A DNA stretch of 64,000 nt from Chthonomonadales bacterium (GTDB lineage: Bacteria; Armatimonadota; Chthonomonadetes; Chthonomonadales; CAJBBX01). The notes under the pieces were generated by a model. That model was not told the origin of the DNA. It was given only the letters and a program-made list of their open reading frames with translations, and did not search any database. Below are positions 1 to 8,478 of the stretch, one piece after another (position 1 is the stretch's first letter; every line of letters begins with the position of its first letter). The stretch is taken from positions 1-64,000 of the forward strand of contig JBBIPC010000002.1 in NCBI GenBank assembly GCA_037443035.1. Direction: 5' to 3'. The position numbers and the translations under genes were made by a program.

Positions 1-39
1 GTAGACCCGACCGCCTCTGTCGGGTCGTATCGAAACCAC
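1..39 (+). repeat. Dispersed GTAG-hairpin (REP-like) element, copy 1
   Basis: GTAGACCCGACCGCCTCTGTCGGGTCGTATCGAAACCAC. 8-bp stem GACCCGAC/GTCGGGTC. 33/39 identical to the reverse complement of 57022-57060. Confidence 0.7.
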
Positions 40-277
40 CGCCCGCAGCCTCACATGACAGGACCATCCCCATCGGGTGGTATCGAATCCACCTCCCGCG
101 TCGCGGTGCGTAGGATCAGGAACCGTGCACGACGTAACGTCCTGCCGCCTGCATCGCTTGGCGTCGCAGGAGGTACGGGAGCATCTGGCGAACAGAGGAG
201 TGCCTCGGCATGGCCGGTCGCACGGCGGCAGTCCTTGCCTCGTCACAACGGCATGTCGTGCACGTCTCACGCAAACG

Positions 278-1066
278 ATGGAGCACGCAACCTGGACGGG
301 AGCCATCCTGCTGTTTCTTCTGGGCGGGGCGATTCTGCGCCGCATCATTGTCGCTCGTCGAGGGAAGCACGTCTTCGTGCGCCGGATCGCTGGCCTGGAT
401 GAGCTAGACGAAGCGCTCGGACGCGCGACGGAGATGGGTCGGCCCATCGTGTTCAGCCCTGGCTTCGGCGACCTCGGCCAGATGTCAACGTACGCCGGCC
501 TAGCCTGCTTGGAATATGCAGTGCGAAAGGCAGCACGCTTCGGCATTCGCGTCATCGTCCCCGTAGCCGGCGCTACGATGTTCCCAGTGACGCAGGACAT
601 CGTGCGAGACGCCTATACCGCCGAGGGCAAGCCGGAGCTGTACCGCCCTGACGACGTCTTGTACCTCTCCGGAGATCAGAATGCGTTTGCGGCAGCCGTT
701 ACGGGCATCATGGAGCGCCAACGCATCGGGGCTGCCTTCTACTTCGGCTCCTACGGCTTCGAGTCGCTCCTTCTTGCCGAAACGGGTCAGCGGATCGGGG
801 CGATCCAAGTGGCGGCCACGGACTCCTTCTTCCAGGTGCCGTTCTTCATCGCCGCCTGCGACTACACCATTATCGGCGAGGAGCTGTATGCTGCTAGCGC
901 TTACCTGTCACGCGAGCCGACCATGCTCGGCAGCCTGTCCGGCCAGGACTACGGCAAGGTTGTCATCGCCAGCATCCTCGTTACCGGCGTGCTTGCAGCG
1001 CTGATCGCCAGTCTGCTGGGTCGATCGCCCGGCTTCAATGCCGTCGTGGGCCTTCTTGGACGGTAG
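278..1066 (+). CDS. DUF6754-like membrane protein (subunit 1 of four-gene membrane cluster)
   Basis: N-terminal TM followed by RRIAGLDELDEALGRATEMGRPI, and QVPFFIAACDYTIIGEELYAASAYLSREP before a C-terminal TM. Start taken at ATG 278; the frame is open from 77. Confidence 0.75.
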   Translation: MEHATWTGAILLFLLGGAILRRIIVARRGKHVFVRRIAGLDELDEALGRATEMGRPIVFSPGFGDLGQMSTYAGLACLEYAVRKAARFGIRVIVPVAGATMFPVTQDIVRDAYTAEGKPELYRPDDVLYLSGDQNAFAAAVTGIMERQRIGAAFYFGSYGFESLLLAETGQRIGAIQVAATDSFFQVPFFIAACDYTIIGEELYAASAYLSREPTMLGSLSGQDYGKVVIASILVTGVLAALIASLLGRSPGFNAVVGLLGR

Positions 1067-1069
1067 AGC

Positions 1070-2605
1070 GTGAAGCGGCGGGCTATCATCATCGTGACGT
1101 TCATCGCAGGTCTCTACTACCTGCTGGAGTTTCTCCTGCCGCCACGTCTAGGAGGCTCACTGGACGCCGACGGAGCGGAATCCGCCACGCTGGCACAGCA
1201 CCCCGACGGCATGTATCTAGCTTACACAGGCCTTCGACGCGACCGCTACCCCGTAATTCTCGGGGTGGCACGCAGCGGCAAGGGGCCGCGGCGCGTCCTG
1301 ATCGCGCCAAGTTTCGCTCGACAGGATGACTACCGTGGAGCACGCGCTCCGCAGTTCGTGCCTCCAGACAGACTGTACTACATCGGTCTCGGATGGGATG
1401 ACCGCACACCGCGTGTCTGTCTAGCCAGGTACGCACACGGCCGTTGGAAGCCACTGCCAAGAGCGGTTCTAGGTAACGGTCGGCCGGGGGAGCCTGATTC
1501 CTCCGGGATCGGATGGGCCACTGTCCTAATGGATGGCAATTACTCCCAGCCGTGGCGCCTGTGGTACGTCGGTCTCCAGGGAGATCGCGGCACAGTCTGC
1601 TATGCGGATTCAGCCGATGGTATCCACTGGACCAAGCGGGGCACTGTCGCCGTGCCATACCTCGATGGGGCAACGGCAGAGTGCATCAATGCTGTGGCAA
1701 CGTCTGAGGGAGTTGTACTTTGGCTGCTGACTCGCGACGCTAGCGACGCGCGACGCCTGAGGACGGTCCTGGTGCGGCCTGATGGGAGGACTGTAGCCGA
1801 GGTCGTCACAGATCCCGTGGCGATGGACTTACCGCGCAACGTTGCCCTGAAAGATCTGCGCATCGCTCGTGACGGACCAGGGCTGATCGCGCTCGCGACT
1901 CTCATGGTGGAAGGCGGTCGCCCTTATCTTGCGTCCATGCGTGTGCCAGTCCAGTTCGCTGAGACGCGGCTGACCCTGGTCGAGCCGTCCCTCCTCAGGC
2001 CAGGAGCGCAACCGAAGTCCACGGTGCTCTCGGATGTACGCGGCACCGTGGACGACGTCCTCGTTGTCATAGGTGCCTTCGCCGTAGGTCTCGGGCTCAT
2101 CGGCCTTGCACAGGTGCACGGAAAGCGGATCCTCGCCTTGCAAAGGGGTTGGCCGGAGAGTGCTGCGTTCTTCCTCGCCGCGTTTTCCATGTCGGCGTTC
2201 ACGATATACGCTCGCCTCCATCCCGACTCCCGTACGTGGGGTACTCGCGCCTATGACCTCCTCTTCTACGGGCTGTTGCAGCCCCTGGGATCCTCCATGT
2301 TTTCGCTCCTGGCGGCCTATCTGGTGTCAGCCGCCTATCGAGCGTTTCGTGTGCGAACCTTCGAAGGCGGTCTCCTGGCCGCTTCCGCAACGCTGATCAT
2401 GCTGGGCCAGGTACCCGTCGGTAACTGGCTCACCCAGCACCTGCCACCGTACCTGCAGATTCCCAAGGTCATGGCCTGGGTACTCTTCGTGAACAACACA
2501 GCCGTCGTGCGTGCCGTCAACTTCGGCATTTTCGTCGGTGCCCTCGCCACCGCTCTGCGTGTATGGCTCAGCATGGATCGCGCAAGCATGAGGAGCATCG
2601 AGTAG
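1070..2605 (+). CDS. Multi-pass membrane protein with inserted extracytoplasmic beta-propeller-like domain
   Basis: TM1, then about 300 aa of soluble region with WRLWYVG...CYADSADGIHWTK (five-bladed propeller / Asp-box-like), then about 5 TMs including SMFSLLAAYLVSAAYRAFR. Confidence 0.7.
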   Translation: MKRRAIIIVTFIAGLYYLLEFLLPPRLGGSLDADGAESATLAQHPDGMYLAYTGLRRDRYPVILGVARSGKGPRRVLIAPSFARQDDYRGARAPQFVPPDRLYYIGLGWDDRTPRVCLARYAHGRWKPLPRAVLGNGRPGEPDSSGIGWATVLMDGNYSQPWRLWYVGLQGDRGTVCYADSADGIHWTKRGTVAVPYLDGATAECINAVATSEGVVLWLLTRDASDARRLRTVLVRPDGRTVAEVVTDPVAMDLPRNVALKDLRIARDGPGLIALATLMVEGGRPYLASMRVPVQFAETRLTLVEPSLLRPGAQPKSTVLSDVRGTVDDVLVVIGAFAVGLGLIGLAQVHGKRILALQRGWPESAAFFLAAFSMSAFTIYARLHPDSRTWGTRAYDLLFYGLLQPLGSSMFSLLAAYLVSAAYRAFRVRTFEGGLLAASATLIMLGQVPVGNWLTQHLPPYLQIPKVMAWVLFVNNTAVVRAVNFGIFVGALATALRVWLSMDRASMRSIE

Positions 2606-2606
2606 C

Positions 2607-3446
2607 ATGCGCTGGTACGAGCGTCTTCAGCGTATTGACAACCGCCTGCTTTACGTGACCCTAGCCGTAGCTGTGGCGGTACCGGTTTTCGCCAAGCTGC
2701 GGATGCCCATACCTCCCACCAAAGAAACTCTGGGCGCCTACTACGCCGTGGAGAACGTACCGCCGGGCAAGCTCGTCATGGTGCAGAGCACCTGGGACGC
2801 AGGCACCATCGGGGAATGCGAGGGCCAGTGCCGCGCTGTCATCGAACATCTCATGCGCCGCGGACAACCGTTCGTGGTGTGGACGTCGAACCCAGCCTCG
2901 CCGCCATTCTACAACCGTATCATCGACGAGACGGCCCGCAGATATGGCAGGGTGTACGGCAAAGACTGGGTAGACTTCGGCTACAAGGTGCCCGCAGGAG
3001 CCATGGCCTTCGGTGTCCAGGCAATGGCACGAGATTTCCCCGGCTACATGAAGAGTGATGTCCGCGGTACTCCCGTCACCCAGCTTCCGGCCATCCGGCA
3101 TGTGCGCAACGCCACGGATTTCGACCTGATCATCACCATCGGCTACAACCCCATCGGTGAGTTTATCCAGTTCGTCCAAGCCGTCTACGGTACCAAGGTC
3201 GTCTTCGGCATTGCGGCCATCAACTCGACGACGACCTACTCGTACATCGACTCCAGGCAGATTGTGGGGATGCTGGTGGGTGCTCGCGGCGGGGCTGAGT
3301 ACGAGATGCTCGTGCGGCGGCCAGGTCGCGGGGTGCAGATTATCATGGCCCAATCCTTCGGCCACCTCCTCATTGTGCTCCTCGTGATCCTGGCCAACGT
3401 AGCAGCCGTGGCCCAGAGACGGGCCGAGAGGCGCCGCTCGGCATGA
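2607..3446 (+). CDS. Uncharacterised membrane-anchored protein (subunit 3 of cluster)
   Basis: IDNRLLY N-terminal TM, alpha/beta soluble region with YGKDWVDFGY and GMLVGARGGAEYE, C-terminal TM. Starts 1 nt after the previous stop. Confidence 0.75.
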   Translation: MRWYERLQRIDNRLLYVTLAVAVAVPVFAKLRMPIPPTKETLGAYYAVENVPPGKLVMVQSTWDAGTIGECEGQCRAVIEHLMRRGQPFVVWTSNPASPPFYNRIIDETARRYGRVYGKDWVDFGYKVPAGAMAFGVQAMARDFPGYMKSDVRGTPVTQLPAIRHVRNATDFDLIITIGYNPIGEFIQFVQAVYGTKVVFGIAAINSTTTYSYIDSRQIVGMLVGARGGAEYEMLVRRPGRGVQIIMAQSFGHLLIVLLVILANVAAVAQRRAERRRSA

Positions 3447-3525
3447 AGCGGAAGCGCTTGGCACGGCCTAGCGAGACTTCTCGGAGCGATCTCGCCTCCG
3501 TCAGGCTTCATGGGACGGGACGTCC

Positions 3526-4221
3526 ATGAACCAGTGGCTACCTCATCCCGTGAGCCCCTTGTCGTGGCTGGGTTTCACGATCTGGCTTGGAGCGGTTGCC
3601 ACCCTTGCCATCTTCTCGTTTCTGTTCAAGGAAAACCGCGCCTACCGGTTTGCAGAGCATACGTTGCTTGGACTCGGAATCGGTTTCGGCATCGCCACGA
3701 CGATCACTGACATCCTCATCCCCAAGTGGTGGACGCCGCTCACTTCGGCATGGTCGAGACACCAGTGGAGCATCGTAACGCTAGCTCTTGCCGAGCTGAT
3801 TCTCGGTCTGATGTGGTACGGCCTCTACCACCGCAAGACTGTCTGGCTATCCCGCATTGTCATGGGCCTGGCCATCGGAGCAGGCGCAGGTGTGGCCTTC
3901 AAAGCCGAGATCAACGACAAGCTCCCTCAGATCGTTGCCAGCTTCAAGTCACCCTACGTACGCGCCTCGGATGCCACGGCTTTCAACAATACACCGAGCA
4001 ATATCGTCTTCGTGGCCGTGATGCTCTGCGTGCTGTCGTATTTCTTCTTCTCTGTGGAGCATCGGCACCCGGTGTTGAAAGCGAGCTCGCGTATTGGTCG
4101 TGTCTTCCTCATGCTCACGTTCGGTGTGTTCTTCAGTAACGCCATCATGACACGTATGAGCGTGTTCATCGAGCGAGTGTGGTTTCTCCTTACCCAGTGG
4201 CTGCGCATCGGGCAGGGTTAG
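3526..4221 (+). CDS. Uncharacterised integral membrane protein (subunit 4 of cluster)
   Basis: About 6 hydrophobic segments; FSFLFKENRAYRFAEHTLLG motif. Confidence 0.75.
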   Translation: MNQWLPHPVSPLSWLGFTIWLGAVATLAIFSFLFKENRAYRFAEHTLLGLGIGFGIATTITDILIPKWWTPLTSAWSRHQWSIVTLALAELILGLMWYGLYHRKTVWLSRIVMGLAIGAGAGVAFKAEINDKLPQIVASFKSPYVRASDATAFNNTPSNIVFVAVMLCVLSYFFFSVEHRHPVLKASSRIGRVFLMLTFGVFFSNAIMTRMSVFIERVWFLLTQWLRIGQG

Positions 4222-4300
4222 CCACAGCTCCGATGCAGGTCATCCCGCCAGCGACGCCGTATCAGCATACACATTGCGAGTCACAGGAGGCATCCTCAGC

Positions 4301-6631
4301 ATGGAAGCACCCGTCCTCTTACGTGTGTCATTGGTTCATGCAGCTTTCCTAGGAATGATCGCACTGCTATCAGTGTCGGCAGTCAGCTACGGCGAGACAG
4401 AGAAGCAGCGGCGCTGGACTCCAGTGGCTGATGAGCCCTACCTGCAGGAAGTTGGCCAGCGTATTACGACGCAAGCACCGGTTACAGCGGTCGCAGTGCA
4501 CCAGGGCGATATCTACGCGGTATCTGGTGGCACGCTCATGCGGCTTGCAGGTGATGCCATGCAGCCTGTGCCCGGTGCGCCATCACCGATCGTCCGCCTG
4601 CGTGCTCTGAAGGGTGCGCTATGGGCCGCCACCGCGGATGCAACGTACCGGTTCGAACGTGGATCGTGGAAGGTTGTGGCGCCGCTGCCCGCGGTGGACT
4701 TCTGCGTGCATCGGGGAGAAGTCCATCTCGCGACTCGGGATGATATCTACCGCGTCGCAGGCGATACCGTCGCCAACGTCAAGCCCGAAGGAGGCTATCT
4801 CTCCAGCAACACGACGCTGCTCATGGAGGATTTCACCCAGGTCATCGCGGATCCCGTTCGGATCGGACCCATCCAGCGCATCGCCTCCTACAGCGATACG
4901 CTCTACATACTCAATCCCGGGCGCATCTCCTTGCTAGAGGGCAAGACGTTCGTGACCGACACGGTGGACTGGGGAGCACTCCCATCGCCGGTCACACGGG
5001 ACATGATCGCGCTGGGCAGCCGCCTCTGCATCGCTACGGAAAAGGGCGTCGGCATACTGCGGGGCATGGCCATGACGGCTCTCCGCGGAGAGGATGGCTT
5101 GCCCTACGAGGACGCGACCTGCCTGGCCGAGGGTTTCGACGGGGACCTTTGGATCGGCACGAGCCGCGGAGCTATCCGCCATACAGGCAAGGAGTTCCAC
5201 TACTTCGGGGCGCAGAACTGGCTCCCATCAGACAGAGTCCAGGACATCGCCGTCGCTGGCCACACCGTGGTTATCGCAACCGATGGCGGTCTCGCCATCC
5301 TCCGGTACGAGCCGTTCACTCTTGCGAAGAAAGCCGCCTACTATGAGAGGCTCATGGATGTCTGGGGGTTCAAGAGGCTTGGCTTCGTCCACAAGCTGTA
5401 CTGGTCGGATGAGCACAACGCATGGCTGCGAGAGATCAGCGACAACGACGGCGGCCACACCGCCCATTATCTCGCGGCCATGTGTTACAAGTATGCGGCT
5501 ACTAGGGATGAGGCAGCGCGGAAGGAGGCCGTCGAAGCATTCCGTGCCATGGTCTGGCTTGACGACATCACGCCGAAGCCAGGCTTCATTGCCCGGGCGA
5601 TATGGTCGGTCCAGGGGGACAAGGGGCGACGTTCCGAGCGTGGGTCAGGTGGTCTGCCTGCCAAGTGGTACCCGACCGCCGATGGACTCTGGCTCTGGAA
5701 GGGCGACACCTCTAGCGACGAAGTCAACGCTCACATGTACTCCGTCTCTCTGTTCCATGACCTGGTCGCACAGGGAGAAGAGAAGACACGCGCCCGCGAA
5801 CACATCGGCCGCATCGCTAGCCACATCATCGAGAACGGTTGGGTACTCCGAGACATGGACGGCAAACCTACCCGATGGGGCCGGTGGGATCCCGACTATC
5901 TCCTACGCCCGTATGGCTTCGAGGCTCGGGGTCTGAACGGCATGGAGGCGCAAACCTACATGCACACCGCGCTGGCGTTGACCGGTAACCCTAAGTTCCA
6001 GCAAGGACTCGAGCAACTCCTCAAATGGCGCTACCACACCTACACGGTGCGGCAGAAGTTGACGTTCCCTCCCGATGCAGTCGTGCCATGGGATGACGAG
6101 CTTGCGTTTCGCTGCTACGTGCCGCTGCTCCGCTATGCGAAAGGAGAGGAACTGCGCGCGCTCTACTTGCGAAGCCTAGAGCGTCACTGGGAAGTCATGC
6201 GCATGCAGAAGCTCCCCTTCTTCAACTTCATCTACGGTGCGCTGACGGGCAACGACTGCGAGGTGGAGGAGGCGGTACGCAACCTGCGAGAGTGGCCGCT
6301 GGATCTCGTAAACTGGAGCTTCCGCAACTCCCATCGGGCAGACCTTCGACCCGAACCAGGCTATGTGCCTTACCAGGGAGGCACCAAAGCCATGTCCCCC
6401 CGCGAGACCACAGCCATGTGGGGTAGCCGCTCCGCCATTGTCTACGACGGCGGCTCCGGCGGCCGAACGGTCACGCCACCCATCGGATGGCTGGAGGACT
6501 ATTGGATGGGCCGGTACTATGGCTTCATACTGGCGCCGACGACGAGGGATCCGAAGCTGCTGAAGCCAGAAGGTCTGCCGCTGCCCAGCAATGTGGCGGC
6601 TCCGTACAACGGCCCGCAGCGCCCACGGTAG
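4301..6631 (+). CDS. Secreted two-domain protein: beta-propeller N-half plus putative (alpha/alpha)6 glycosidase-like C-half
   Basis: AGGAGG RBS at 4285-4290; signal-like N-terminus; propeller repeats (DGDLWIGTSRGA, VVIATDGGL); W/D-rich helical C-half (WKGDTSSDE). Confidence 0.6.
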   Translation: MEAPVLLRVSLVHAAFLGMIALLSVSAVSYGETEKQRRWTPVADEPYLQEVGQRITTQAPVTAVAVHQGDIYAVSGGTLMRLAGDAMQPVPGAPSPIVRLRALKGALWAATADATYRFERGSWKVVAPLPAVDFCVHRGEVHLATRDDIYRVAGDTVANVKPEGGYLSSNTTLLMEDFTQVIADPVRIGPIQRIASYSDTLYILNPGRISLLEGKTFVTDTVDWGALPSPVTRDMIALGSRLCIATEKGVGILRGMAMTALRGEDGLPYEDATCLAEGFDGDLWIGTSRGAIRHTGKEFHYFGAQNWLPSDRVQDIAVAGHTVVIATDGGLAILRYEPFTLAKKAAYYERLMDVWGFKRLGFVHKLYWSDEHNAWLREISDNDGGHTAHYLAAMCYKYAATRDEAARKEAVEAFRAMVWLDDITPKPGFIARAIWSVQGDKGRRSERGSGGLPAKWYPTADGLWLWKGDTSSDEVNAHMYSVSLFHDLVAQGEEKTRAREHIGRIASHIIENGWVLRDMDGKPTRWGRWDPDYLLRPYGFEARGLNGMEAQTYMHTALALTGNPKFQQGLEQLLKWRYHTYTVRQKLTFPPDAVVPWDDELAFRCYVPLLRYAKGEELRALYLRSLERHWEVMRMQKLPFFNFIYGALTGNDCEVEEAVRNLREWPLDLVNWSFRNSHRADLRPEPGYVPYQGGTKAMSPRETTAMWGSRSAIVYDGGSGGRTVTPPIGWLEDYWMGRYYGFILAPTTRDPKLLKPEGLPLPSNVAAPYNGPQRPR

Positions 6632-6685
6632 GGTGTGTTTCCAGAAACGCTGGCACGGGACTGCGGATACGGCTCGCCGGCGTGA

Positions 6686-8395
6686 CTAAGGACTCGCCTG
6701 CGAAATCTCGATCTTGGCTAAGTATGCAGCCTCGCACATCCAACCGGTCGGCTCGTTGACGACCTCCAACGTCAACGGCTTCCCTGCATAGTCGCTGAGG
6801 TCCACGGCGACATCGAGCCAACCGGCGGTCGCTGTGGACGGGCCTACGGCACGGCGCAGGAGCTCGCGGCCGTTCGCGCGGATGATCAGGTCGAAGTCGC
6901 CGCTCGGGTGATGCCCCACAACAATCCGTAGCTCCCACCGCTTGCCGGCTGCGAGCCTCAGGTCTCTCCGAAGCACGCATCCCACTCCCCGCTCCAGCGG
7001 ATGGGTGACCAGGACCTTGCGCCGGCCATTCCACTCATCGTAGAGACCAGGCTGCATGTCTTGTCCACACTTGCTGATCTTCCAACCGGGCGCGAAACGA
7101 TCCACGGCCTTCTGCATCTCGCCCATGAAACCGACGAACCGGATCTGCTTCATCTCGGACGGCGTGAAACGGCTGCCAGCGATGGGCCCTGGTGACCAAC
7201 TCAGCTCCAACTTGCTGGGGACGGGATCTCGCGTGGGTACGAGCCAGACCTCTTCCGCTCCTTCGCGAATGACACGGCCGCCACTCCGTCGAACGATCTG
7301 CCTTGCCAACTTCTCGCAGACTGCGAGCAGACCCGGAATGTCGTAGGCGGTGTGGCTGAACTTCTGCGCTTCGTTCAGAGCGCTCTTGAAGCGGTCCGGA
7401 ACACGCGCGAATCCCATCGTTGTAAAGAGGACCCCGGCAGCGCTGGAGGGGTTGCAGTCCGAGTCCATGCCGCCGCGCATGGCGATCCGAATCGTGTCGT
7501 CGGGATCCCCCTTGCCATAGAGGAGACCGAGCAGGACATAGGCACCGTTGATCTTGCAGTCGATGCCGCCATTCGAGGCCTTTTGGTACTCGGGGTCTTC
7601 GCGGTATTTCCGCTGTATCAGCCCCCAGGTCTTCTGCCAGTCCTGCGGATCTGCCCTGTACCATCCAAGCACGTCGCGCACCATCTCGGCGTACTGACAG
7701 CCCGGAGGAATGGCCTTCAGAGCACGTTCGATGATGGTCGGAATATCGCTCTCGAAAAAGGCCTCCGCATACATGGCGCCTATGAACTGGCCAGCGTACA
7801 TTCCATCGCCGTAGTTCATGAGACGCCCGAACTTCTCGCCGAGGCGCACGGCCCACTGTGGCATGCCTGGCGCGATGATGCCAGAGTAATCTGCCTCGAT
7901 CTGGTAGTCAATGTCATTGGGACACTTGTTGAACCTCGGATGGCTGGAATCCGGCGGCGCGATACCCGAGCGGAGGTTCGTCCGGCCCGCGTTGTTCGCG
8001 CACCAGAGAGGATAAGCGCTATTGGCGAAGTCTATACCGGCAGCACGAATCGAACAGCCGAGCCCGCGCGTCTCCAACGTCCTGAGGAAGGTCATCTCTA
8101 CATAAAGGTCATCCTGCGCGAACGCGCTGTTGATCATCTCCGGCCTCCACTCCGGCACCGAGCCTTCGGGGATGATCCTGTCCTGCCAGCGGAACTCCGT
8201 CGGAGCTCCCCATGCCACACCCGCCATCTGACCGATCCACGCAGCTTTCATCTTGTCGCGATACTCGCTCACCGACAGACGACGCATCTGCTGTCCCAGC
8301 GCAGGCACCGTGAGAACCGTTTGTGCAATCGCCGCTGCAATTAGCGTCGATCGTACCGACCCGCTGCACACGTACGCCATGCTCCGTCGCATCAT
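6686..8395 (-). CDS. Exported ADP-ribosylglycohydrolase family protein with C-terminal beta-sandwich domain
   Basis: GQMAGVAWGAPTEF, QDDLYVE and GGMDSDCN motifs; signal-peptide-like N-terminus; GGAGG RBS upstream. Confidence 0.75.
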   Translation of the reverse strand: MMRRSMAYVCSGSVRSTLIAAAIAQTVLTVPALGQQMRRLSVSEYRDKMKAAWIGQMAGVAWGAPTEFRWQDRIIPEGSVPEWRPEMINSAFAQDDLYVEMTFLRTLETRGLGCSIRAAGIDFANSAYPLWCANNAGRTNLRSGIAPPDSSHPRFNKCPNDIDYQIEADYSGIIAPGMPQWAVRLGEKFGRLMNYGDGMYAGQFIGAMYAEAFFESDIPTIIERALKAIPPGCQYAEMVRDVLGWYRADPQDWQKTWGLIQRKYREDPEYQKASNGGIDCKINGAYVLLGLLYGKGDPDDTIRIAMRGGMDSDCNPSSAAGVLFTTMGFARVPDRFKSALNEAQKFSHTAYDIPGLLAVCEKLARQIVRRSGGRVIREGAEEVWLVPTRDPVPSKLELSWSPGPIAGSRFTPSEMKQIRFVGFMGEMQKAVDRFAPGWKISKCGQDMQPGLYDEWNGRRKVLVTHPLERGVGCVLRRDLRLAAGKRWELRIVVGHHPSGDFDLIIRANGRELLRRAVGPSTATAGWLDVAVDLSDYAGKPLTLEVVNEPTGWMCEAAYLAKIEISQASP

Positions 8396-8478
8396 GTACC
8401 TCCGCCCCCCGCACGCGTTCATCTGTCCAGCCCCTTTCTACCACGAACACACGTGTTCCGTGTTACACTGTAGTCGCT

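Noticed and set aside
1..93. CRISPR array (36-nt unit ending ATCGAAAC with internal palindrome)
   Set aside because: There are no regularly spaced identical repeats and no cas genes, and a diverged copy occurs 57 kb away. A dispersed REP-like element fits better, though sequence left of the window is unseen.
210..407. 65-aa ORF with GAGGAG RBS overlapping the DUF6754 gene start
   Set aside because: It overlaps the conserved gene out of frame and has no protein-like features. It cannot be supported without conservation data.
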